Positions 1-9,878 of a stretch of 64,000 nucleotides of DNA are shown piece after piece (the first letter of the stretch is position 1; each line of letters begins with the position of its first letter). The stretch is from the NCBI GenBank assembly GCA_963789265.1, contig CAWBKB010000001.1:2336001-2400000 (forward strand), written 5' to 3'. The position numbers and the translations under genes were made by a program. This stretch comes from an uncultured delta proteobacterium (lineage in GTDB: Bacteria > Desulfobacterota > Desulfomonilia > Desulfomonilales > Desulfomonilaceae). The notes beneath the pieces were generated by a model. It worked only from the letters and a program-made list of their open reading frames with translations, did no database searches and was not told the origin of the DNA.

Positions 1-162
1 GGCAAGTCGGTTTTCTCAGAGGAAAGACAGAGCGAAGCTCTCCCCGGGGTCGTAACGCGATGCATCGCCTCATGGGCGTTAAAATAAGCCGGAGGGTTTG
101 CTCAAAATTCTCCCTCACCCTGCCCTCTCCCGCCAGCGGGTGGTGGGGTCGGGTTTGAAACC

Positions 163-336
163 CAATGCTGTTGACTTAAGGGACCTCCGTCTACCCCACC
201 GTCACCCCGGCGAAGGCCGGGGTCCAGGGGAGATTAGGAAAACCTGGATTCCGGCCTCCGCCGGAATGACGAGGTGAAGGCCCGTCGAAGGAAAAGCTCC
301 TGGACAAGAGGCATGCGGCTTAAGTCAACAGCATTG
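163..336. mobile_element. MITE with perfect 18-bp terminal inverted repeats and 11-bp target duplication
   Basis: CAATGCTGTTGACTTAAG (163-180) / CTTAAGTCAACAGCATTG (319-336); flanked by GGTTTGAAACC at 152-162 and 337-347; internal CGTC-type palindrome pair at 200-271. Confidence 0.8.
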
Positions 337-500
337 GGTTTGAAACCCGCCTCTACTTGCTTGAACGTGAATCGGTATGAGGCGTTGCGCCGTCCGGGCA
401 GCAATGAATTTCCACAAATCAACCGATATGGTATTGTACCGCTATAGGACGGTTGATCGTTGGGACCGGAACCGGTTCGAGGCTGAGAAGGAGGCATGCA

Positions 501-836
501 ATGGAATTGAAAGTCGATCGAAGCGATCCAGGGTTGACCCGTGTTACTCTTTCCGGAAAGCTTGACGTCTCGGGAGAGGAACAAATCGGGGATGAATTCA
601 GGGGGCTTGTCGATTCTCGTAACACGCACTTCCTGGTTAATATGAGCCAGGTGTCCTATCTCGCTTCGCTCGGCATACGGTTGCTGTTTGCCGCCGCAAA
701 AACCTTGGCCGTGGAAAAGAAGAAGCTGGTCGTCCTCAATCCGCAACCGATGGTTGAGGAGACCTTGATGACTTCCGGCACGGCCAAGCTGATCCCGATA
801 GCCCACGATGAGGACGAGGCTCTGGGCCTTCTGTGA
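501..836 (+). CDS. STAS-domain anti-sigma factor antagonist (RsbV/SpoIIAA-like)
   Basis: LSGKLD...VNMSQVSYLASLGIRLL motif; AAGGAGG RBS before ATG 501. Confidence 0.88.
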   Translation: MELKVDRSDPGLTRVTLSGKLDVSGEEQIGDEFRGLVDSRNTHFLVNMSQVSYLASLGIRLLFAAAKTLAVEKKKLVVLNPQPMVEETLMTSGTAKLIPIAHDEDEALGLL

Positions 837-1291
837 ACGACGCAGACGGGATCGACGGACGAATGAAGCAGCTCAACCTATCCATGCGAAACAACCTCGA
901 GGACCTGATGGGTCTGATCGACGAGGCAGGCGAGTTCCTGGAATCTCAATCATTGCCCGGATCGACTGTTTATAGAGCGAATCTCGTACTGGAGGAAGTC
1001 CTCACAAACATAGTCAAATACGCATTTGAGGACGGTTCCGTGCACGAAATAAGCGTTCTGCTGGCAGTCAGAGACACCGATCTGGTGATCAGATTCGTGG
1101 ATGACGGCCGGGAGTTCGACCCTCTTGCTGTTCCCCCTCCGGCTAAGAAAGCATCAATCGAGGATATCTCTGTGGGCGGTCTTGGCGTTCATCTCGTGCG
1201 ACAGAATGTCAACTCGATGCAATATTCACGGGACCGATTCAGGAATGTCTTGGAGACAAGGATCAGCTTGCGTCCCGCAGATAGTTTGTGA
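833..1291 (+). CDS. Anti-sigma factor / Ser kinase (RsbW-like HATPase_c)
   Basis: LVLEEVLTNIVKYA, DDGREFDP, GGLGVHLV boxes; overlaps STAS gene; start may be ATG 863. Confidence 0.88.
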   Translation: MNDADGIDGRMKQLNLSMRNNLEDLMGLIDEAGEFLESQSLPGSTVYRANLVLEEVLTNIVKYAFEDGSVHEISVLLAVRDTDLVIRFVDDGREFDPLAVPPPAKKASIEDISVGGLGVHLVRQNVNSMQYSRDRFRNVLETRISLRPADSL

Positions 1292-1299
1292 AGAGATAC

Positions 1300-1417
1300 G
1301 GGGTCAGGCCTTGTTTCTTACCTTCTTCCCTTCGCCCTGCACAATCCTGCTCACGGTGGAGTAATGGAGTCCCATATATGCTGCGATCTGCTGCCGCAAA
1401 AAGCAAGGCCAGACCCC
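1300..1417. mobile_element. 118-bp repeat element family A, copy 1
   Basis: Ends GGGGTCAGGCCTTG / CAAGGCCAGACCCC (13/14 inverted); core CTGCACAATCCTGCTCACGGTGGAGTAATGGAGTCCCA shared with 2095, 8486, 9337. Confidence 0.8.
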
Positions 1418-1526
1418 AGTGCACGTGTGACCCCAGTGACCCACTTCCAGGGAACCCAATTGAGCATCGTAATGGTGAGGGCCAGGCTTAGCCTTCCGTT
1501 ATTCAACAGAAAAGGAGTCATTATCC

Positions 1527-2060
1527 ATGCAAGTGAGAGCGCCCCTGATGATCGAACATCGTCTCATTGAAAGAATGCTCGCACTCATAAACAAGGAGGC
1601 CACGCGGATTCGAGAAACCAAGGAGATCGATCCTGTATTCATCGACAACGCAGTTGATTTCATTCGAGTTTATGCTGACAAGACTCACCACGGCAAAGAA
1701 GAAGACATACTTTTTCGAGATCTTGCCCAAAAGGACATGACCGGCGAGGAACAGAAAATTATGGGCGAACTCATTCAAGAGCACGTCCTGGGACGCAAGA
1801 CGGTTGCCGCCCTAGTGGACGCTAAGAAGCGCCATTTCGCCGGGGATGAATCAGCCGTTGACGTGGTGATAGAAAAATTTGAGTTTTTAGTCAGCTTCTA
1901 TCCCCGACATATTGAAAAAGAAGACAAACTATTCTTCCCTGGAATGATGCAATACTTCACTGTGGAAGCGCAGGAAAGAATGCTCAAGGAGTTTTGGGAA
2001 TTCGACAGGAATATGATTCACCTGAAATACAGGGATTTGGTTGAGGAACTGGGGAAATGA
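1527..2060 (+). CDS. Hemerythrin-domain protein
   Basis: EHRLI, HHGKEEDILF, EH, HIEKEDKLFFP His/Glu motifs; AAGGAG RBS. Confidence 0.9.
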   Translation: MQVRAPLMIEHRLIERMLALINKEATRIRETKEIDPVFIDNAVDFIRVYADKTHHGKEEDILFRDLAQKDMTGEEQKIMGELIQEHVLGRKTVAALVDAKKRHFAGDESAVDVVIEKFEFLVSFYPRHIEKEDKLFFPGMMQYFTVEAQERMLKEFWEFDRNMIHLKYRDLVEELGK

Positions 2061-2094
2061 CAGGTCTAACGAGGAATGGACGAACCAAGACGAC

Positions 2095-2212
2095 GGGGAC
2101 AGTCCTTGTTTCCTGCCTTTTTTCTTTCGCGCTGCACAATCCTGCTCACGGTGGAGTAATGGAGTCCCATATATGCTGCGATCTTCCACCCCAAAAAGCA
2201 AGACCTGCCGCC
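2095..2212. mobile_element. Repeat element family A, copy 2
   Basis: Same core and length as 1300-1417. Confidence 0.8.
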
Positions 2213-2291
2213 ACGATTATGACAACTGTAGAAAAAGGGTTTAATGCATGCGTCGCGGCCCTTATGATCGCATGCGTTTGCCCGTCTACTC

Positions 2292-2358
2292 AATCTGCGG
2301 CCATCTGTGAAATCGGCGGATTTCTTCTAATCCACAGATTGCGCAGATTGCCACAGAT
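2292..2358. repeat. REP-like inverted pair (ATCTGYG / CACAGAT units)
   Basis: AATCTGCGGCCATCTGTGAAATC followed by CACAGATTGCGCAGATTGCCACAGAT. Confidence 0.5.
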
Positions 2359-2426
2359 CAGAAAATACGAATCGCTCTGGTTAACCACGCTCTACCTGAA
2401 AGCAAAGCATCAGAAACAAGTGGTCA

Positions 2427-2470
2427 CCCATTATGCTGCGATCTGCTGCCGCAAAAAAGCAGGCCGGATC
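2427..2470. repeat. Repeat element family A, partial right half
   Basis: TATGCTGCGATCTGCTGCCGCAAAAAAGCAGGCC matches about 1377-1410. Confidence 0.7.
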
Positions 2471-2476
2471 CTTGGA

Positions 2477-3211
2477 TTAGAGCGATTGACCCACCAGGCG
2501 TAATCCACCATCACACTCCAGTACGCAGCCGGTCATGAAGGAATTGCCAATCAAAAATACTATCGACTCCGCGATATCTTCCGGTCTGCCGACCCGCCCG
2601 ACTGGTGTCACTGCCGCGAATTTGTTGAATGTTTCTCGCTTTTGATCTTCCGGCATCCAATTCCACCAAGGCGTATCAACTACTCCAGGTGAGACAGCGT
2701 TTACGCGGCGTGGTCTCAGTTCGACTGCGAGCGGCCTGACCAGTCCTTCGATTGCCGAGTTGATTGCTGACAAGCCCGCCGTGCCTGGATTGGCTGCTCG
2801 CGGAGATATGGCAGAAACGAATGTGATCGAACCCGACTCGCTCAGGTAAGGCAGCGACTCCTGCGCAAGGGAGAAATGCGGCCAGAATTTCGCCTCAAAC
2901 CCAGAGCGCAAATCTGCCTGTGCTACCTGAGCAAACGGCCCCGCCCCCTTTCCACCACTGAGGGCCAGCACGAGATGATCGAACGGGCCGATTTCCGCAA
3001 ATGCCCGTGCTCTATCTTTTGGCTGCGTCGCGTCGAAGGCGACGATGGAGGCTTTGTCGCCGAGTTGTTCTTGGACTGCCGCAAGCTTTGAGCGATCCCG
3101 TCCGTTGACCACTACCGTTGCTCCGCAACGGACGAGCAATTTGGCCGCAGCCAAGCCGACTCCCGAGGATCCACCCGCGACTAGTACGCGAGCTCCGCTA
3201 AGGTCGAACAT
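2477..3211 (-). CDS. Short-chain dehydrogenase/reductase (SDR)
   Basis: GGSSGVG Rossmann motif, RVNAVSPG, CDGG; start reassigned to MFDLSG after AAGGAGG RBS. Confidence 0.9.
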   Translation of the reverse strand: MFDLSGARVLVAGGSSGVGLAAAKLLVRCGATVVVNGRDRSKLAAVQEQLGDKASIVAFDATQPKDRARAFAEIGPFDHLVLALSGGKGAGPFAQVAQADLRSGFEAKFWPHFSLAQESLPYLSESGSITFVSAISPRAANPGTAGLSAINSAIEGLVRPLAVELRPRRVNAVSPGVVDTPWWNWMPEDQKRETFNKFAAVTPVGRVGRPEDIAESIVFLIGNSFMTGCVLECDGGLRLVGQSL

Positions 3212-3654
3212 CAAACCCTCCTTGGATTTAACGGCCGAAATCAGTTGAGCGGCCTGCCGCATCTGCTGAATTGAGTGGCTAGGATGTCTCGGCGTTACCT
3301 TTCTCAGCCAATTCTCTTTGGTAGGCTTTCCAGCCCGGACACCACCCGGTGTGCCACCTCCAAATCCGGGCAAGTAATGAATTTGGCTTTCGCTCCGCAT
3401 AGTTCCGCAACCTGCATCTTGCACATTTGGATTTCACTGTTATGTTCTCCTCTATGATGCTCAGTCCGCCTGCTATTAAGCGCCCGTATCCCAACTTCTC
3501 TTTAGATGGTTTCCGGATAAGCACGCTTTCGGGTTTTGCTTCTAAATTATACGCTGCTTCTATACTCGCTCAAACTTTTGTTACCAATGGGTTGCAGCGC
3601 ATTTTACCCCAAAAACCACGGGACTCACACCTCCGGGGAATTTGAGGTGGCCGT

Positions 3655-4002
3655 CTATTTCTTGAGCTTCAAATCGGCCTTGGTCGTGAGCCATTCCCCC
3701 GCTTTGCCCGCGATGGTCACCCAAACAAGCCCTTGCTCGGGCCCCTCACGAAGAAACACCGCACTGTCCCCGTGTTTTGCAATATCTATTTTTCGTTCCA
3801 CAAGAACAAGGCGTCTCAGGCCGTCCATCTCCTCAGGCGAAGCTCCTCGAGCAAAAGCAGCCTTGGATTTCGCGTCCCGGTATACGAGCACATCTGTTTC
3901 AAATCGATAAAGCCGATTCGGGTCTTTGGATTCGACAAAGGAATAGTAGCCTATGAAGGCCACTGACGCGATTGAGAGCATCCCTACAACAATCCTGTTC
4001 AC
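3655..4002 (-). CDS. Hypothetical membrane-anchored protein
   Basis: N-terminal hydrophobic helix; AAAGGGGG RBS-like site; no recognised family. Confidence 0.6.
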   Translation of the reverse strand: MNRIVVGMLSIASVAFIGYYSFVESKDPNRLYRFETDVLVYRDAKSKAAFARGASPEEMDGLRRLVLVERKIDIAKHGDSAVFLREGPEQGLVWVTIAGKAGEWLTTKADLKLKK

Positions 4003-4350
4003 ACTTTCCCCCTTTCATGATGAACCAAATCCTCATCGCGTTCTCAAGAAGCCGCCCCTTTGCACTCCGGGAATTCCCGTCAAGTCCCTTTGAGCGCCCA
4101 CGCGTCAACGCGGTATCTTTCGAAAAAACGACACGAGACCTCGTAGGCACCAGTTTTGCGTGAATCCCCCACCCTCCCCGTTGTAGCTTGGATGTTGGAG
4201 GCAGAAAGCTAATAGAAAAATTCAGATTAAGACTACCAGCCGAGTCGGTCAACGTCAAGCAAAATAATCAGGGTACAAGCCGCATTCCACGGAATGGGGG
4301 CTAAGCTCCGTGCAGCACGGACCTGTTCCTGGGGTGCCCTCAAGATTTAC

Positions 4351-5262
4351 TCAAGATGCCGTTTTGGTGATGAAGTCAATTACTACACCAGCGAACTCTT
4401 CGCCCCGGTCTTCCTGGAGGAAGTGACCACCGCCTTTGATGACCGTGTGAGGCTGCCCTTTGGCGCCGGGCACTCTTTTCTGAAAGATCTGGTCGCCGCC
4501 TCGAGTGATGGGATCTCCGTCGCTGAAAGCAGTAAGGAACGGATTTTCGAACCGGGACAGGCTCTCCCAGGCCTGACGATTCGCCCGGGCGGCCGGATCG
4601 TCAGGGGAAATGGGCACCAGGGAAGGGAAAATGCGAGCTCCTTCCTTGTAGGTTTCATCCGGAAAAGGTGCATTGTAGGCTTCCAATATCTCCTGTGGCA
4701 GATCGGATAGTGTGCCCATATTCATGATATCACCGACGCTGAATTCAGGGACCTCTATGGAGAAATTACGCCACCGGAGAAATGCCTCACTCATGGGGAA
4801 ATCCCCGGCAGGAAGGCCCGTGTTCGCTACCACGGCCCGGGCGAATAGTTCAGAGTGAGCCGCCAAGAGCCGTAGCCCGATCAGTCCGCCCCAATCCTGA
4901 CAAACCAAGGTGATGCGCCTCAGATTGACCTGCTTTAGCCAGGCCGTCATCCACTCCACGTGTCCTTTGTACGTGTAGTTGCTCCGGTGAGCCGGTTTGT
5001 CCGAACGACCGAACCCGACCAGGTCCGGGGCTACCGCCCGGTACCCGGCCCGAAGAAAAATTGGGATCATTTTACGGTATAGGAATGACCAGGACGGCTC
5101 TCCGTGCATCAGCAGAACCGGGTCGGCATCTTGGGGGCCTTCATCAACATAATGGATTCTCAGACGGCCGCCTTCCCCATCGGGAACTTCCGCGTATTTA
5201 GGTTCAAACGGAAAACCTTTCAGATTTTCGAATCGCTCGTCCGGCGTTCTCAAAACTTTCAT
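4351..5262 (-). CDS. Haloalkane dehalogenase (alpha/beta hydrolase)
   Basis: [11 protein letters not shown] start, [15 protein letters not shown] nucleophile, GHFLQED catalytic His. Confidence 0.9.
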   Translation of the reverse strand: MKVLRTPDERFENLKGFPFEPKYAEVPDGEGGRLRIHYVDEGPQDADPVLLMHGEPSWSFLYRKMIPIFLRAGYRAVAPDLVGFGRSDKPAHRSNYTYKGHVEWMTAWLKQVNLRRITLVCQDWGGLIGLRLLAAHSELFARAVVANTGLPAGDFPMSEAFLRWRNFSIEVPEFSVGDIMNMGTLSDLPQEILEAYNAPFPDETYKEGARIFPSLVPISPDDPAARANRQAWESLSRFENPFLTAFSDGDPITRGGDQIFQKRVPGAKGQPHTVIKGGGHFLQEDRGEEFAGVVIDFITKTAS

Positions 5263-5299
5263 GAAAAAATGTCCCCCTTTCAGCATTGAGTGTATGGGC

Positions 5300-6691
5300 T
5301 CATAATTCTTGTTGCCAAAGCTGATATTGCCGGACCCTGGCGTAAACGGCCACCACGCGCTCGACCGTTTGGAAAAAAGGCACTCCGGCCTTGCAAAAAG
5401 TTTGGCTAAAAGCAGGGTCAAATCCCGGGATGTTTACGATAAGAAACGGCTTCTGATAATCCTTCTGAGCTTGGATCATGGATTCCGTATACTGTTGATT
5501 GGACTCGGCTGTGAGTCCCCTCCCTATTACCACTACGGCATCCACCCCGGGGTCGGCTGCAATACTTCGCGCCGTCTGGATGTAGATTTCCATAACCAGT
5601 GAGGCTGTAAGTCCCACGTCCACAGGGTTGGAAAGACTCGTGCCGGTAGGAGCAACTAATTCAGCCAAGCGAACCCGCGTCTCCGGAGAAAACTTGGCCA
5701 GCTTTAGGCCCACGGTGGCACAGGCCTCAGCCGCAGCGACTGCGAGGCCGCCCGGCCCTGAAAGAATCGCCATCCGATCTCCCTGGCAGGAAGAGAGCAA
5801 AGAGAAGCCCATGAGAGAATCCACGAACTGTTCAAAACCTACTACCGGGATGCCTCCCCCCTGTCTGACAACCGCTCCCCACGTAGACGCAGATCCCGTC
5901 AACGCCCCTGTGTGCGACAATGCTGCCTTGCTGCCTTCCGCAGTGAGGCCCACTTTCCAGAGGATCACGGGCTTCCGACGGGCGGTCCTTTGGAGGGCCT
6001 CGAAAAAATAGTGGCCGCTCTTAATTCCCTCTACGTATGCCCCGATGACGCCGGTTTCCGGATCATTACCAAGGTACGCGAGCAGGTCTGCACTGTTGAT
6101 GTCGCATTCATTGCCCAGGCTTGCAACCTTGCTGAATCGTATTCCCATTTGTGGGCCCATGCGGCCGAGGATGTTCGCCAGCGAGCCACTGTGCGAAATG
6201 ATCCCCACCGGCCCCGGTTCTCTCGAAAGCTCAGGGAAAAAAGAGAGTCCTGCTTTTGGGCAATAGAGCCCCATGCAGTTGGGGCCGAAAAGTCGCATCC
6301 CGGATGAACGGGCTATGCGTACAAGCTCGTCTTCCAAGGCCTTACCCTCGTGGGTTCCGGTCTCCCGGTATCCGGCCGTGAACAGCACCGCGCCTTTGAC
6401 ACCCTTGGTTGCGCATTGCTCGATCACTGACAAGGCGCTGGTATGCGGGACCAGTATGATCGCAAGATCCACTGCCTCCGGGATAGCCAAGACGCTGGGA
6501 TAGGTCTTCAGCCCATCGATCTCCTCCGCGTCGGGATGCACGGGATAGATATTTCCTTTAAAACCTTGGTCCAGGAGTGCGACAAGAAACAACTTTCCCA
6601 TCTTGGCTCCACGAGGGAGCCCCACGATAGCCACCGATTTAGGGTGAAACAGGTTGTCAAGTTGTGATGTAAGTTCTGTCAGATTTTGCAC
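5300..6691 (-). CDS. CoA-binding protein, ADP-forming acyl-CoA synthetase alpha-subunit-like
   Basis: [34 protein letters not shown] phospho-His, NPVD. Confidence 0.85.
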   Translation of the reverse strand: MQNLTELTSQLDNLFHPKSVAIVGLPRGAKMGKLFLVALLDQGFKGNIYPVHPDAEEIDGLKTYPSVLAIPEAVDLAIILVPHTSALSVIEQCATKGVKGAVLFTAGYRETGTHEGKALEDELVRIARSSGMRLFGPNCMGLYCPKAGLSFFPELSREPGPVGIISHSGSLANILGRMGPQMGIRFSKVASLGNECDINSADLLAYLGNDPETGVIGAYVEGIKSGHYFFEALQRTARRKPVILWKVGLTAEGSKAALSHTGALTGSASTWGAVVRQGGGIPVVGFEQFVDSLMGFSLLSSCQGDRMAILSGPGGLAVAAAEACATVGLKLAKFSPETRVRLAELVAPTGTSLSNPVDVGLTASLVMEIYIQTARSIAADPGVDAVVVIGRGLTAESNQQYTESMIQAQKDYQKPFLIVNIPGFDPAFSQTFCKAGVPFFQTVERVVAVYARVRQYQLWQQEL

Positions 6692-6895
6692 ATTTCCTCC
6701 ATTTACGGGGGCCTGGCAAGTTACCCGAGGTAGGATTCAGGGCAGAAGAAATAGCCGGATAATTCCAACTCGTTGCCATTACATAATAATAAGCAAAGAT
6801 GGACTTGTGCCGACATGATCTTCCGGCTAGGAGCGATTTCGGTCGGTGAGGCAACCCCGATATACACAAAAAATGTGATGAGGTTATGGCGACAA

Positions 6896-7105
6896 CTATT
6901 CGAGAATGAAGATTACTTCCATCCTGACACGATATTCCTTGATCTCATCATTCTCGCAATTCACCCTTAATTCGATGACTCTCATGCCGGTAATGTTTCT
7001 TAAGGTTTTCGTTCCGCGGTCAAAGGCTCTCTTGATCGCATCATCAAAGCCAGTGGGAGAACCTGCGATAACTTCCGTGACTCGGGCGACTCTTCCTTCA
7101 GACAT
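6896..7105 (-). CDS. Dodecin family protein
   Basis: EVIAGSPTGFDDAI...KTLRNI...EYRV pattern, 69 aa, GGAGG RBS. Confidence 0.9.
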   Translation of the reverse strand: MSEGRVARVTEVIAGSPTGFDDAIKRAFDRGTKTLRNITGMRVIELRVNCENDEIKEYRVRMEVIFILE

Positions 7106-7556
7106 GTAGACCTTCCTCCCTGGATGGGGTGCCTCACCCTGAAAAAGTTACCGGAATGACGGTGATTTTGTCAACTCTTCTTGAGCGGAATTATGGGCGG
7201 TCTTGGCATTTAGGGCTTTTGGGCCGGTGCTTGGTTACTGGTCGTTCATCTGATTCGAAAAGGCTCGAGCGTGTCTCCAAGAAGTCCGACAGTTACAAAA
7301 CCGTCGTCACGTGAATGGAAAAGCATCTCTTGTGACTTTTTGAGCATGACGTTTCACACGACCCGTGGTCAACCGTAAAATCTTTCCGGTCGCAATTCAC
7401 CGTCACACAGCTTGGCTGCATCCGACCAAGTGGAAGGCTGACGTCAGAAGAGGTGATCGTACCAAGCTGCGATTGCAAAAAGACCTCTCCGCCGCTCCGA
7501 CACATTTCATGTATAATGTATTGAAAGCAATTCTGCGCGACTTTCGGATCAAGAGT

Positions 7557-8456
7557 ATGAAGTGTCAAAATCCAGGCGAAGTCTGTGATGGCTTATGGTA
7601 TTTAGGACGTCCCGAATCCGGAGTATATCTGCTGGAAGGTCGGGACGGGTCAATTATCATCAGCGGTGGCATGAGTTACCTCGTGCCTGATATTCTGCAT
7701 CAGTTCGATGAGTTTGGACTCAAGGAAGACAGCATCCAAGGCATAATAATCCTTCACGCCCATTTCGACCACATAGGGATCGTGCCCTTTTTTCGTAGGC
7801 GAAACCCGGACCTCAAAATATATGGCTCGGCAAGAGCGTGGCAAATCCTAAGTGAATCGAAAAATATCGATACCATTAACCAATTCAGTGGCCGACTGAC
7901 TGAGCGCATGAAAATTCATGTGCCATACGCCGCGCACCAGCTCGACTGGCCCGTAGGATTGTCCGGGGACATGATTTCCGGAGGAGACGTGATCGACCTC
8001 GGGAATAGGAAAATACGGATATTTGAGACTCCTGGACATTCTTCGTGCTCGATCTCCGCTTACGTCCCTCAGATCAAGGCGCTTTTCCCGTCGGACGGGG
8101 GAGGAATCCCTTATAAAGGGACTATCATTGCCTCGGCGAATTCCAACTTTACCTTATACTTGGAGAGTCTCAAGAAAATGGAGATGCTCCAGGTAGATTA
8201 CTTTTGCGCAGATCACTTTGGTTACATCTGTGGTGATGAGGCGAAGAGCTATATTAGCTCTTCCCTCGCTTTGGCAATAGAAGAGCGAGCCCGTTTGGAA
8301 GACATTTATCGTCGTTCGTTCGATATAGACGCAGCGGCGAGGGAAATGGCTTCCTCCTTCATAAAAGCGAATCCGGACTACTTCCTGACCTTAGATATTT
8401 ATGAAGGTGTGTGTCGTCAGATGATGAGACACATAGCCAAGAGCATGAGTCAATAA
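7557..8456 (+). CDS. MBL-fold metallo-hydrolase
   Basis: HAHFDH, TPGHS, DH motifs; start uncertain. Confidence 0.85.
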   Translation: MKCQNPGEVCDGLWYLGRPESGVYLLEGRDGSIIISGGMSYLVPDILHQFDEFGLKEDSIQGIIILHAHFDHIGIVPFFRRRNPDLKIYGSARAWQILSESKNIDTINQFSGRLTERMKIHVPYAAHQLDWPVGLSGDMISGGDVIDLGNRKIRIFETPGHSSCSISAYVPQIKALFPSDGGGIPYKGTIIASANSNFTLYLESLKKMEMLQVDYFCADHFGYICGDEAKSYISSSLALAIEERARLEDIYRRSFDIDAAAREMASSFIKANPDYFLTLDIYEGVCRQMMRHIAKSMSQ

Positions 8457-8485
8457 GATATCGCAACAGGAAGGGGGCAAAAGAA

Positions 8486-8551
8486 GCGGTCAGGTCTTGT
8501 TTCTTGCCTTTTTTCTTTCACCCTGCACAATCCTGCTCATGGTGGAGTAAT
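8486..8551. mobile_element. Repeat element family A, truncated copy forming the 3' end of the methyltransferase gene
   Basis: GGTCAGGTCTTGTTTCTTGCC...CTGCACAATCCTGCTCATGGTGGAGTAAT. Confidence 0.75.
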
Positions 8552-9281
8552 TGACTTCATCGTGGGGGCTCTGACGAGCTTCGGTTGCTCGACCGGCATG
8601 TTTTCTCAGCTTGACCGTGAGCCATTTTCCTTCCGCGATGGTCCCATTCTCAAATTTTGTCCGGCGGATAATCTCCTCAATCTCCCCTACAGTGTAAGGT
8701 GGCGTGAGCTTGGAAGTGAAAGAGCCCCACCATTTGGCAAGCTGGTCCACCCCCTTGAGCCCTCTCCCCATGACCTGTTGAGCCTCCGGGGTGATGACCT
8801 GTGCCGGATCCAACAGCCAGGCTTCGCACCCAGGTTTCAGGACCCTGAAACATTCGTTGATTACGAGCACCGGATTTTTCCAGGCATGGAGAGAACCGGT
8901 GCTGATCACCAGGTCGTACGAATCATTTGCAAAGTCGAGCCTGTTGCCATCACATTTCACGAATCGGACTCGATCCGACAGGCCGTGCCTCTCTGCATTT
9001 TGTTGAGCTATCCGCACCAGTGCTTTGGACGAATCGATTCCAACTACTTTGATCCGGGGTGCCCGCTTGACGATCTCAATGGGCAGATATCCCGGACCGG
9101 TACCAACATCCAAGACCAACCCATGACTTGTATGGTCCGTGACACTCTCGGCGACTTCCTTGTAGTAAGTCTCGATTGCGCCGGCGGCAATTTGGTCGTA
9201 CAGGCGAGCAGCAAACCAGGGTATTCTTTCGGGGATGAGGGATCGCAAGAACCTCGATTTCAATGTGTCTCTTCGCCACAT
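8490..9281 (-). CDS. Class I SAM-dependent methyltransferase
   Basis: VLDVGTGPG, GIDSS, YDLVIST, RVLKPG. Confidence 0.88.
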   Translation of the reverse strand: MWRRDTLKSRFLRSLIPERIPWFAARLYDQIAAGAIETYYKEVAESVTDHTSHGLVLDVGTGPGYLPIEIVKRAPRIKVVGIDSSKALVRIAQQNAERHGLSDRVRFVKCDGNRLDFANDSYDLVISTGSLHAWKNPVLVINECFRVLKPGCEAWLLDPAQVITPEAQQVMGRGLKGVDQLAKWWGSFTSKLTPPYTVGEIEEIIRRTKFENGTIAEGKWLTVKLRKHAGRATEARQSPHDEVNYSTMSRIVQGERKKARNKT

Positions 9282-9336
9282 CGCCTTTCCTACCCGTTGC
9301 GTCTGGCCGCATCTCTTCAGCTTTCAAAGCAAGAAA

Positions 9337-9449
9337 GGGTCAGCTCTTATTTCTTGCCGTTTCCCTTTCGCCCTGCACAATCCTGCTCACGGTGGAGTAA
9401 TGGAGTCCCACAGATGCCGCGATCGCCTGCCGTAAAAAAAACCGATCCC
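9337..9449. mobile_element. Repeat element family A, degenerate copy
   Basis: Shared core sequence; read through by ORF 9340..9771. Confidence 0.75.
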
Positions 9450-9771
9450 AGGATGTTACTCGTTTCTCTTTTTCCAGCTTCTTTGTTTTGCGATCGAAGC
9501 TACTCCAGAACTGCCGTTCGCAATTCTCAATGCATGCCGCATAGGCATTGGCTTCTGGACTACGAGCCTCCCACGCGGGGTATGTCTCCCGGCAATCTCG
9601 CTCGCAAAGTTCACGGTCAGCGCCTTCGCCAAGAAGCCTAACACTTCTGTCCAGGGATTCGGCACCGAATCCGAGCAAGAATTCCGCAGGCTGCGCTTGA
9701 AGGCCGGATTCAACCCCGCAGAAGACCAACAGGGTTGCAGTTATCGACAACAGCAGAATTTTCCGAATCAT
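9340..9771 (-). CDS. Hypothetical exported protein with two CX3C motifs
   Basis: Signal-peptide-like N-terminus; CERDC and CIENC; C-terminal tail comes from repeat family A. Confidence 0.6.
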   Translation of the reverse strand: MIRKILLLSITATLLVFCGVESGLQAQPAEFLLGFGAESLDRSVRLLGEGADRELCERDCRETYPAWEARSPEANAYAACIENCERQFWSSFDRKTKKLEKEKRVTSWDRFFLRQAIAASVGLHYSTVSRIVQGERETARNKS

Positions 9772-9878
9772 GATACCACCCCTTTGAAAGTTTAAATTTC
9801 ACAGACTTGTAATCGTCAGGTCGTGCAAAACAAATAAGCCGAAATTGCGTATGCCCCAATGTCATGTATCATTACACT

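Noticed and set aside
1..104. Possible riboswitch-like stem (GAGCGAAGCTCTCC / GGAGGGTTTGCTC)
   Set aside because: At the window edge, adjacent to repeats, and I cannot confirm any known riboswitch consensus
8490..9281. Methyltransferase as arsenite methyltransferase ArsM
   Set aside because: Lacks the ArsM-type conserved Cys pattern and lies outside the ars island
1300..9449. Repeat family A as a CRISPR array
   Set aside because: Copies are dispersed, about 118 bp, with no regular spacers and no cas genes
8562..9641. 359-aa plus-strand ORF
   Set aside because: Antisense shadow of the methyltransferase and exported protein; no motifs
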